Source: Octopus vulgaris
Lineage: Eukaryota
Length of the DNA stretch: 64,000 bases
NCBI GenBank assembly: GCA_951406725.2
Contig: OX597824.1
Location: 31,620,001 to 31,684,000, forward strand
Direction of reading: 5' to 3'
A model generated the notes under the pieces. That model was not told the origin of the DNA. It did no database searches and worked only from the letters and a program-made list of their open reading frames with translations. Position numbers and translations under genes: made by a program. Below, one piece after another: positions 52,624 through 64,000 of the stretch (positions are counted from its first letter, which is position 1; each line of letters starts with the position of its first letter).

Positions 52624-55600
52624 ATGAAATAAATTTTTTCATATTTTGTGAAATTGAGAAATGTTTGAAAAGCATGAAACAGTTTAAAAATTCTTTTTTT
52701 TTTTTTAAATTTGTATATTCTCACTATTCAGTAAAACTGACCAGAATCTCTTAATCAACATCCCTGTTGTCTACTCTCTCTCTCTTTCTCTCTCCATATA
52801 TGTATGTATACACACACACACAAACATCTACATTCAAAAAAGCCTTAGCATCGTACTATTGTCACTGAAGCTGACCCTATTACGATAACCATCTGTGCTA
52901 TTTTACTGTTAAAGTAATTGTCAAGGTTTTTAATATCAAATTTTATTTACCATACATAATTACACTACATCTTTGTTTGTACTAACTGTCCCTAACTTTT
53001 AGTAATGTTTAAATGTACTTACTTTACTAGTGTCATTGAAAAAAAATGTTTATTGTTCTCATTTCTGTGAGATATTTCTAGTCCATACTCACTGATTCAT
53101 TTGAAGTTGTTTTTTTTTATTGATGCTTATTTTTGTTATTGTTTTCTTTTAAAAACACTTTATTTCCTGTTGCTCCATTTCACTCAGTTGTAGAAAGGAG
53201 TTGCGATGTCACTGGTACCAATCTGTATCGGCCTTTGCCTTTCCCTTGATAACATCAGCGACGTGGAGAGGGGAGGCCGGTATACATGGGTGACTGCTGG
53301 TCTACCATAAACAACCTTTCCTGGACTTGTGCCTTGGAGGGGAACTTTCTAGGTGCAATCCCATGGCCATTCCATGACTGAAAGGGGTCTTTACCTTTTT
53401 ATTCTATTATGCTTTGTAGTTTGTACAAAACTTTTTATATTACCTTGATGCTTTTTCCTTTCTTATTTTATTTGTAATTTCCTGCAAAGAATTTGCTACT
53501 GCCTGATTCTATTAGCAATATCACTACAAATATTTTTGTCTCTCTAGTTGTCTTTTTAATTGTATTTTTGTTACCAAATAAATACATTCATAAAATCATT
53601 TAAATGTCATTGTTTATTTATTTAGCATCATTGAATATGCTTTTCTTGAAATATCAATTAACTATTGCAGCGTGGAAGGTGTTTATAAGCCATTTAAGAA
53701 ACACACAAAAGCCGTTCGATTCACTTCAACATTTAAGTTTATTTTGTCAAAATATTTTCGTCGCTAAAATCTGCGACCTGTTCACTGACAAAAATCCGTG
53801 CTGCATCTGTTTCAGCACACGATCTCAGATCAAATTACTTGCTATGCGAGTACATCTCAATTAACTATTTAAATCTGAATACTAAATTATATTTCTATAT
53901 TTTTGATATATGTTCAATAACAAATTATTCACGTATTCATCTTGTTTTGGTTAAGTGTTATATACACACATACATACATTGCAGTTTGTTTGGTATAATT
54001 TCAACCATTATTTGGCATTTTTCAAAGAAGGGCATTTTATGAACTACTAGCTGTATCGCCCGGCGTTGCTCGTGTTTGTAAGGGAAGTAACTATATAAGC
54101 ATTTTTAGAGAGTTACTTCCCTTATATAACCCGAGCAAAAATCATTAAAAATGCGGAAAAATGATAAATTTTTTTTTAAATCGTAGACTCATCATAGATG
54201 CACGCTAATACCCAGAAGGGCTCGATGTGAATGACGACTATAAGATACCCGCTTTTGGTTAAACTGCACCGCAAAATGTGGGAGTAGTTAGGAATCTAAA
54301 TCGGAGGAGACAGAGTCTCACACACACAACTTCGATTTTATATATAAAGATTTTCTCACAGAAAATGCATGCTTTTACATTCTAGAATACAACACAAAGC
54401 AACCTTTATATGGTCCATGAGACTGCTAGAAATAGCAACAACTTTCTTTTTATCAACCACTACAGATATTTTATTAATGTGACCGAGTTAGAGCAAACTG
54501 TTCATCAAGCACATTGTCTTCCTACTTTCTGATCCACTGATGTGTGATGCTGCAGCTCTCCACTCCTGTGCCACCTCCTCCTCCATCCTGCTGTTTACCT
54601 TCCACCACACCTCCACCTTTTTTCTTCACTCATTACATCCGCATTTGACCATCTGTCTCTCTCCTCCCCCACGCTTGTTATGAAGTTACTCTACCCTTTC
54701 CTCCCTTCCTGATGCACAGTTTTTATTCTCCCTCCTATACACTTTGTACTTTGTGTGCATGCTCTCATACCCTGTCACCATGACCTTTATCTCCCTTTCA
54801 GCTACTCTCACCCACTATCACATAATGTATGGTAATTGTGTATCTCATCTATAGCAAGATTCATGTGCTTGTCCCTCTTTCATACTTTAGCCTTCAACAT
54901 CTGACAAAGCCAACTCCTCTCATACTTTCCATTTCCTTTTCCTTTCTTTAATTTGCTGCAATTTACAGAGCTGCCTCATCAGTGCATGAAAAATGTCACC
55001 CGGTACTCACCAAAGTGGTTGGCATTAGAAAGGGCATTGAGATGGAAACCACAGCAAAGCTGATGCAACTCTACTCTGCTGCTTGTCAGATCCTGTCAAA
55101 TTATCCATCCCATGCCAGCATGGAAAACAAGTTAAATGATGATGAGGAGGATGATATATATATGTGCGTGTGTATGTATGTATGTATATATATATACATA
55201 TATGTGTGTGTGTGTATCACTGTATGGATATGTATGTATATATATATATATACTAGCAGAGATACCCGGCGTTGCTCAGGATTAAATGGTGTAGTTTGAA
55301 ACAGGTGATACAGGAAAGTGCAGCATTGACGACACAACATTTGTGGAGTAAAATTTAAAGCTTTTGCAGAAGCAACAATTTCAGTTTAGCTCACCAATTT
55401 GGATAGAATTATAATTCTTATAAGAATAGAATGGATCATATCTGAAAGCAGCACCAGGAGTTGTGAAGAACAAATTTGTATGTGGCCTGTTTCTGAGAGT
55501 ATTCTATTGGACCTCTGTGTAATCTGGCATGCTAAATTTTTATTTTAGTTATTCAGCATTAAGTGCTGCAGTATACTTTTGTTGATTTTGAGAAAGTCTT

Positions 55601-56042
55601 AACTCCCTTCTCTCTTGAGATTCCATCTGACGTGCTGCAGCATGGCTTTGCTGATCTTGAGAAAGTCTCATGTCCCTTATCTTTTGAGACTCTCGCCTTC
55701 AGGCTTTTTTCAATCCTCCTTGCTTGATAGGTGTTTCTGGAGAGATTACGTTCTTTCTTTGGTGGCAAATTTTTTTTTTCAATATTATAAACAAAATATT
55801 ATGATTGTAGAAAAAAAATATACATTAATCCCTATTTTTGTAAGTAGTTGTATGTATGTAGTATGTCTGTATTTTTGTATACAGTGTAAAGTAACCAAAT
55901 ATAAGCAAATTGAAATACCTTGCAACTGCTGCGATAATTATGAACTGGTAATTGAATGTAGATGTGTATCTTTATATACCTTGGGCATGCCACCTGATTG
56001 TTTTTTGTCAAGAGTTTCGCCTCCAGCCATTCGCGTCACATA

Positions 56043-57721
56043 CATTACCGTCAGAAATTAATTAGCACCCTTGATTTGCACTTCACTTAAGGTATTTGCT
56101 GTCACCTAGTGGCCATATCTCGAACTATTGCTTTGTTGCGAGTTCACTGTTGCGCAGAACGATGACGTAACTTTGTTTGCAGAGCGGTTTGACAGTCTAC
56201 AGCCTAATGATGTTGACATAGCAGTGCAACAACAACATGGGGTGCGGATGCAGACAAATCTCCCTTTGTTTAATAGATATAGGTAGTGCCTCGCAAGGAC
56301 CGAAATCACACCGTACTAAGTTTTCTCATCACGTAAGACGTTTTGAACAGCTTGTAGGTTAATTGATTTGTGTATTTGCAAGATTTTTTTTCCTCACAAA
56401 TTCTCCTACACTCTGCTTGGTGACGTCACTTCCGGTTAACAAAACTTTCTGTTATACATCAAATAAGATGAGAAATTCTGCTTTCTTTCTTTTTTGTTTA
56501 ATGAATAATAACTCATAGCAGTTTTGTTATAGCATAACATTATTCAAATGAATAGTTTTAATGAAAATAACTGGTTTTTATCGTTCATTCCTAGATGGGC
56601 CCAAGACCTCGCATGACCTTGGAGAGACGGTACAAGGCTCTCTCGTGGCGTGGGAAGCTGTCGGAGGTTGCAATAGCCAGAAAACTTGGTGTAGCCAGGC
56701 GCACAATTCAGTGCTTACTTAAGAAATACGAGGAAACTGGATCAGCAGCTGACAAAAAGGGTAGGGGACGGAAGAGGCTGACGAACCAGCGGGAGGACCG
56801 GATGCTGATCCGAAAGTCACTGTACAACCGAAGGGTAACGAGCCAGCAACTGGCGGAGGAGATGCAAAAGATGACAGGGAAGCAGTTGTCTACAACCACC
56901 GTCAAGACCAGATTACTGGAAGCTGGTCTAAAATCCTGTAGGGCCACCCGTAAGCCGCTCCTTACAGCCCAAAACCGGAAGAGGCGGCTGCTCTGGGCCC
57001 GTGCCCACAAGACATGGACCGTGCAGCAGTGGCGGACAGTGATGTTCACTTACGAGTCGCGATTCAGTCTCGTCAGTGACAAGCCTGTCCATGTGCGACG
57101 CCGCAGGGGTGAGCGCTTCAACAAAGACTGCATTGCTCCCACCATGAAGCAAGGTGGGGGTGGTCTGATGGTGTGAGGGGCGTTCAGCTACAGTGGTGTT
57201 GGGCGGCTCTATGCCGTCGAAGTACGTTGAGATAATACGGGATACCTCTTTGGTGGCGAGGAGTACTGCTCCAGCAGGACAACGCGCCTTCCCACACAGC
57301 CAAGCTCACAACCGGTTTCTTCAAGGACGGTCATGGACTGGCCTGGCCAGTCACCTGACCTGAACCCTATTGAGAACCTCTGGAGTCGATTGGGTAGGGA
57401 TTTGAATGTGCAACAATACAGGAACCGACACGAGCTGTTTGGGGCACTTCTTGCTGCATGGGGGCCCATCCCTGCACAGTACCTGCAGGCGCTCATAGAC
57501 AGCATGCCGACCTGCGTAGCAGCTCTCATTGCTGCCAAAGGAGGAGCAACAAGATATTGACTAAATTTCACGATTAATAACAATTATGTGGTGTGCTGGG
57601 ATATGTTTTAATAAATTTTTGATTAAAAACGAGTTCGTTTCTGATAATAAGTTAATTAAATTAAGAAAATGTAAGAAAATGTAGAAATTTGAGAAGTGCT
57701 AATTAATTTCCGACGCAAGTG
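56043..57721 (+). mobile_element. Tc1 (DD34E-type) DNA transposon, copy-B-specific, TA TSD
   Basis: Imperfect 26-bp TIRs (CATTACCGTCAGAAATTAATTAGCAC / GTGCTAATTAATTTCCGACGCAAGTG); empty TA site in copy A at ~25490. Confidence 0.95.
56595..57560 (+). pseudogene. Tc1 transposase pseudogene
   Basis: HTH/GRGRKR, KPLLT and WPGQSPDLNPIENLW motifs; first catalytic D reads Y (FTYES), TGA at 57174, internal frameshift/deletions. Confidence 0.92.
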
Positions 57722-60062
57722 TATATATATGCATGTGCAGATGTGTGTGTGTTTAATAATGTTCACAACGAACGCATACACCCACACATTCATATACAAA
57801 ATGTGACGCTATACATACTTACACTCTCACGTAGTTATATACATATAGTAAGAGAGACACAAGCATACATTCACACATGCCAGTCATCACATATATATAT
57901 CTGTATGTGTAGATGTGTGTGTATGTTGAATAACGTACCTAATGCGGAAACACAAGTCACAGAGACATACTCATACACCCACACACATACACACTCATAT
58001 ACAAAATGTGACGTTGTCATATTATAAAATGTCCTTTACTATCTTGTACGTATCGAACACGCAAACACCCACACACAGACACTCATGCAAAAAGTGATGT
58101 TGCCGAACGCGGAAGCACACATACACATTAATACACACACATAAACAAAATGTGACGTCGTCATCATCGTGGTATAAAATACCTTGTACTATATTTGACT
58201 ATAGAAAGATTATCTATAAAATGTTACATTGTTTTAATTGAAATGACACTCATATCATACCCCATGAGTCTTATCACATTAGGATTAAAAATGAAAGAAT
58301 AAAAGCGAAACAATATTCACTTATAACACATAATACCAAACCAGTGTAAAAGATTGCTCCGGGCCCGCATTAAGTAAGAAGTTAAAAGTTTTTTCGTCCA
58401 TGACACTCCATGAACCCTATGTAATGCATGTTTAAAATTTGAATGAAATCGGTTGGGTACTTCTCGAGTTTTAGGGATTCACACATACAGACAGACAGAT
58501 ACACATTCCCAGTATTATATAGATAGATAGATGTGTGTGTAGTCTGATCAGTAAGTATCCAGATTGTTGCCATAGTAACGAAGCTAAAGCACACAGAGTG
58601 AATCCACTTGGCACATCGACCTTGAACTCTGATGTGCATGTACACATACACACACGCGCGCACACAAACATTCACATACCTTCCATTTACATACACAGAG
58701 TTGAAACGCTTCCACTACCAGTTTGCCTTTACCTCTTCCTTCTTTATTCATCTATCACCCCTTCCTTTTTCATTCATATGTTGTGATGGAGAAAAACACA
58801 AGAGTATTATTATAGTAGATTATCTTTCTCGTATCTCGTATATCCGCAGCATCTTTGGTTACTATGGAAAAAGAGTTTTTCGCCACGGCGATGTGTAAAA
58901 TTCTTGCTTCTGAATGGCTAAAATACCCAAATTTTGCAAATTTTAAAGGCTAACCACTTTTTAGTTATGGATTTATAGGAAAAATTAATTTCGTTTTCAT
59001 AATTAGTATACAAAATCTAATCCATATATCAAATTAGAAAACAATTGGAACAAAATTGTAGATAGTGACGAAAACCACAAAGATCCAAGTTTTATTTATA
59101 CTCCTTAATGGTGATAAAGGCATTCCTCTTAGCTAATACTTCTACCCTATCGGGTATATGTAGATTGTTGGGTAACTGTTTGGCTTCATTGTTAATGTTG
59201 ATGTATGTGTGTGGGGAAACGCGTCCATATTTCTGCGTTATGTTGTCTTCTAAAAGTCCTATCGTATGTGCTTGTATCAACCTTATAAAGTTTTTTTTTT
59301 AGTTTTATCGGAAAAGAGTAAGGACCTGACAGAGATTTTTAGCAGTCGTAAGTCAGAGCGGAGTTTGATCTGAAATGAGTAAGGGCCTTACCGAATCTCA
59401 ACTTTGGGATGATACCCAGTAGGTCTGCTTCGAAGGTTTCGCGGTCTTTGATTCTAGATGGGAACCTCCAGCACTTAATACCGTACGCGCTGGCTTCTGA
59501 GAATGGCGTGCGTTGATTGTAGAAGTATGCCTTCCATCTCATCCGTCCTATGAGGTTGATAATCTTTTCGAGCAGCATTTTTTTTTTTGTAAAGTTCGTT
59601 TGATGGTGTTGGTATATTTGTTGTCGAATAATCGAGATCGTATAACTCCATAGTACCCATGAGACAGTAGCTTTTGTGATTATGCAGAGGTGCACAGCCA
59701 ACGGTACTGCTATAGAACACAAACCACCTGGCACCCTTTTGTAAATTGCTCCGCAACCGAGGTGCCTTAAGAATATTCAGTTGTTCATATATCCGAAAAA
59801 GAAGCACACACTAAAGCATTAAATCAGTAATATATTTTTTAGGAAGTTAAATGCTATCTTCCTTCAGTTATAGAGAAGTTATGCGCCATCAGCCATTTGA
59901 TTCTGACGAGTCACCTATACTGCTGAGCTCTTTATAGATGAGAAACCAATGACCGACCATAACATTATATATATATAAACGGTCCCAATCATTGCTATAA
60001 TCCACAACGAGTCACTTTTAGGTCACTTGACCATTTAACATCCAACTGCTAACTCCTGCTTA

Positions 60063-60158
60063 TTCTCCTCCTCCTCCTTCTTCTTCTTCTTCTTCTTCTT
60101 CTTCTTCTTCTTCTTCTTCTTCTTCTTCTTCTTCTTCTTCTTCTTCTTCTTCTTCTTC
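60063..60158. repeat. (CTT)n microsatellite
   Basis: Direct observation; source of the spurious poly-Arg ORF. Confidence 0.95.
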
Positions 60159-60321
60159 TCTGCCAAGAATTCACAACGATCTCGAACCCACAAGAGTAAA
60201 CAAGAGAGACAGAGACAGGCAGAAACAAGGGAAATGCCCCTTGTATTTGAATACTATGCAAATATTCTTTTAAACAACTTTTCATTTAATTTTTCCAAAA
60301 TTTAATTGTTTTCCATACTTA

Positions 60322-61592
60322 CGAGGGGCGTTCAATAAGTAATGCCCCTGACCCACTTCCCATAGCAGTAGAGCAACGAAACTTGGCACAGTTATTAGTC
60401 TTTTTCTACATAGGAACCACTCAGAGTTACGCATTTCTCCCATCGTTTGATGCAGCTCTGGAGACCGTTTTTGTAGAAGACCCCAGCTTGGTCCTCCAAC
60501 CACGACATGACTTCAGAAATCAAGGCTGCATCATCTGGGAAACGCTTTCCTTTCAAAAACAACTTCATGGCTGGGAAGAGTTGAAAATCAGAGGGTGCAA
60601 GGTCAGGAGAGTAAGGGGATGGAGGAGGAGTTCATAGCCGCACGCCTGTGCTTCTGATCTGGCAACACGCGAGTTGTGAACCGGAGCGTTGTCCTGCAGG
60701 AGGAGGATGCCTTTGCTGATCTTGCTCCGCCTCTTGATTTTGATAGCTTCTCTTAATTTCCTCAAAAGTGAAGCATAATAGGCTCCTATAATTGTGGTAC
60801 CCTTTGCCAGGAAATCTGTCATCATTACTCCGTCCTGGTCCCAGAAGACTGTGAGCATGACCTTGCCTTCTTTGGAGGAGGTGAGTCACGGTGCTTCCAC
60901 TGCATTGACTGGGCTTTGGTCTCTGGATCATAGTGATGGATTCAGGTTTCATCCTGTGTAATCAGTCTTTTGAAAAATTTTGATTCATCTTCTTGGCACA
61001 TCTCCAAATTCATCCTCGAGCACTCGACGCGTTCTTGCTTCTCGAAAGGTGTGAGCAACTTGGGAATCCATCTGGCAGACACCTTTTGCATATGCAAATG
61101 GTCATGAATGATAATTTCCACAGACCCGGTACTAATCTTGACCTCATGGGCTATTTGGCGAATAGTTATGCGTCGATCTTCCAAAATGGCAGCCTCAACT
61201 TGACGGACAGATGCCTCATCAATGGCAGAAGGGGGGGCGACCAGATCTGGGAGCTGTTTCCACAGAGTTCAGACCATGTTTGAATTCACGATGCCAGCGT
61301 TTCACAAGGTCATATGATGGGGCATCATCACCATAAGTTACTTTCATTTCATCAAAAGTCTTCCGTGGTGTGCGTCCTTTCAAATACAAAAACCGGATCA
61401 CTGCTCGACACTCAACAGGCTCCATTTCACACTTGACTCAGTTCAAACATCTGTAAATCAGAAACCACAATTTGTTCAGAGCTGTAATTTGCCACTTAAT
61501 CTATAAAGATATCAATAATTGCACATGCAAAATTTCAGCTAGATCAAACGACTGCGAGTGGGTTAGGGGCATTACTTATTGAACGTCCCTCG
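60322..61592 (-). mobile_element. mariner (DD34D-type) transposon, 1271 bp, copy-B-specific, TA TSD
   Basis: ~35-bp TIRs CGAGGGGCGTTCAATAAGTAATGCCCCTGACCCAC with 2 mismatches; empty site cttacagttg in copy A at ~27973. Confidence 0.95.
60385..61425 (-). pseudogene. mariner transposase pseudogene
   Basis: PRSGRP, ARWIPKLL, ITQDET, YDPETK, LLQDNAPVH and PYSPDLAPSDF spread over several frames. Confidence 0.92.
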
Positions 61593-62514
61593 TACAGTTG
61601 AAGTAGCCTCAGTGATTGAAACCAGTACTAAAATGTTTCTTATAAAATTATTTCAGTATTTTCTACCTTGACTCAAATCTTATCTCTTTGACTGAGCTAC
61701 AGTCCTAGATCAAACATACACCGCGGAAGGGCGCCGGGCAGCTAGAATGTCGTCAGGCGCTCACACTCCTCTGACTCTCAGGTAATGCGGTCGGTGGAAG
61801 TTCCATTATGGCTTTCTATAGAGGGTTAGTGGCGGGTAAGTGCGACGACGTTCTTGGAGAGATTCTGGGCGTAGACAAGAATGAGCTGACTGGTCTGTTC
61901 TGGGGACTTTTCGCGCTGGAGCCTATGAATAATTTCCAGAAAGTCTTGGCCTGGCAGTGCTACTGGAAGGAGCTGCCCGTTCGAGATAAACTCTACAGTC
62001 ACAAATGCAGTCAGCCGGGCTTGCCCGAGATGCGTGCAGGGTGACGAAACCGTTCTGCACGCTATCGTCCAGTGCCCGAGTATTTCTGACTTGTGGGTTT
62101 ATGTCGAACAGCAGGTGTTCGACATTAACCCACCTTTTCACTTGAAAAGGAAAATTATGTTGGAGATAGAAGTTCTTCCCCCCAGCAATTTTGTTAAAAG
62201 GTGGGTGAACGTCGCAAGAATGATCCGAGTGAATGGGCCTACTCTAAGCATACGCCTGTAAACAAAGTGGAAAGGGCACTTACCCTGGTGATCAGGACTG
62301 TTGTGGACTCATGTGGCTTTCACAAGTAATCCTAGGAGGGCTCCCTCTTTTGGGGAATTTTATTGTTATATTCGATTGTTTTTTATTTAATTGTTTACAA
62401 GACTTTATCACTAGTTCTGTTTACTAAAAGTGGCCCACTTGGCACCGTGCATTGTATTTTTTCTGTGTTGTTCATAATGCTTTTTTATGTATACCTTTAC
62501 TTGTTAATAAAGAA

Positions 62515-62541
62515 ATCATCATCATCTTTATCATCATCATC

Positions 62542-62627
<86 letters not shown>

Positions 62628-62635
62628 CATCATCA
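62515..62635. repeat. (TCA)n microsatellite
   Basis: Direct observation; source of the spurious poly-Ser and poly-Ile ORFs. Confidence 0.95.
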
Positions 62636-64000
62636 TTTCTACTCTTCCTCAATAACAGGAATAAAGAAAACTATGACTCCACTTCAGTTTCTTACGAAAC
62701 AGAACTGATTCACTTATCATTTTACACTCAACAATTTCGCTTTATTACATCGCTTGATGCTTACATCAACAATTTAAGCCTATTTCTTCTCTCGACAAAA
62801 GTGAAAGAAAATCGAGAGTATACTCTAAATAGTTGTTTAGTGGTAATCTGTAATTGAGGATTGGTTGGTGCTACCTAAATTTCCTTGGAACAATCCCATC
62901 TTGTATCGGAAGTAAACACATCACGTTAGATATCACTGCTCCCATTGAACAATGAGAAAATTGTAACTGTTGTCTACGTCAATAAAACACTTGTATATTA
63001 CAAATGCTAAATTTCACAACATTCTTCAACCATAAGCTCATAAAAGTATCGTTCTCTCTTTGCTTCTTCTGTTGCACAACAACAACCTCTTCTAATCGGA
63101 ACTATCTGCACACACTCAGGTCTCACATGAATCATTTCACCCAGTTTTTCTTCCTCAGATTGCTATCACTCAGGGTGAGGACCTGCGTGATTGCAATCAG
63201 AAACGTTAGCACGCCGGGCGAAATTCTTAGCGGTATTTCGTTTGCCGCTACGTTCAAATTCCGCCGAGGTCGACTTTGCCTTTCATCCTTTCGAGGTCGA
63301 TTAAATAAGTTATACACTGAGGTCAATATAATCGACTTAATTCGTTTGTCTGTCCTCTCTGTGTTTAGCCCCTTGTGGGTAGTAAAGAAATAGGTATTTC
63401 GTCTGTCGTTACGTTCTGAGTTCAAATTCCGCCGAGGTCGACTTTACCTTTCATCCTTTCTGGGTCGATAAATTAAGTACCAGTTACGCACTGGGGTCGA
63501 TTTAATCGATTTAATCCGTTTGTCTGTCCTTGTTTGTCCCCTCTACGTTTAGCCCCTTGTGGGCAATAAAGAAACAAGGGTGAGGACCTGCCCGCAAAGA
63601 TCATGGTCACTTTCGGTCTTTCTAACTTTTAAATGAATAAAAATAATCTACATATTCATCACTGTTAAATAAGTTTTATTTGTAACCAGATCAGAGACAG
63701 GTTGTTGTACCACACCTGCTCACCGTTTAGGAAGCACTGGAGATGTTGTAAGATCAGCACATGTCTGCGCATCAAAGCCACGACATGCCCAGTCCTCCAT
63801 TTAGCAAATGGAGCGCCTGACCAGTGGAACGCGTCCCTTCCACAGAAAGCGGAAAAGTAGGTGCTCCAGTTTGGTCGGACTCGAACCTGGACAAGTCAGG
63901 ACAGTGAGACGGTAGTAGATGATGGATGCGATGTAAGCATTCGCCACCTCCACCCGAACTTTCAGGGAACACTTCCTCACAGCCCATTTCTGAGTGAGAT

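Larger units (their letters stand above)
37176..64000 (+). repeat. Segmental direct duplication, copy B (runs off the window)
   Basis: Matches 8974-30320 apart from three B-only blocks (39361-41648, 56043-57721, 60322-61592) and small indels. Confidence 0.97.

Noticed and set aside
60049-60285. Poly-Arg ORF (also poly-Ser/Ile at 62363-62857 and CV/YI/HT repeat ORFs near 36600)
   Set aside because: Translations of microsatellites.

Overview
AT-rich, repeat-dense eukaryotic DNA. The SINE families and microsatellite load suggest an octopus or related cephalopod (inference, not verified). Most short ORFs in the track are spurious or transposon debris. The main structure is a direct duplication: copy A runs from ~8974 to at least 30320, and copy B from ~37176 to beyond 64000. 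Each copy carries a + strand spliced gene that the ORF track misses. It has 5 coding exons, all introns are phase 0 and GT-AG, and it encodes a small four-transmembrane MS4A/CD20-like protein (A 200 aa, B 197 aa). Most introns are ~99% identical between copies by eye. The CDSs differ at 17 nucleotides: 13 amino-acid replacements, one stop 3 codons early, and only one clearly synonymous change. Seven replacements cluster in the first predicted extracellular loop. A local island of higher divergence follows that exon, and each copy has a much more diverged homologous promoter/first-exon block upstream. The best reading is a receptor-like tandem pair diversifying under selection while being homogenised by gene conversion or unequal crossover. 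Other content: copy-B-specific Tc1 and mariner insertions, a 2.3-kb deletion in copy A, CRE-, CR1/L2-, RTE-, Tx1-, Gypsy-, Penelope- and Helitron-type remnants, MITEs and tRNA-derived SINEs.
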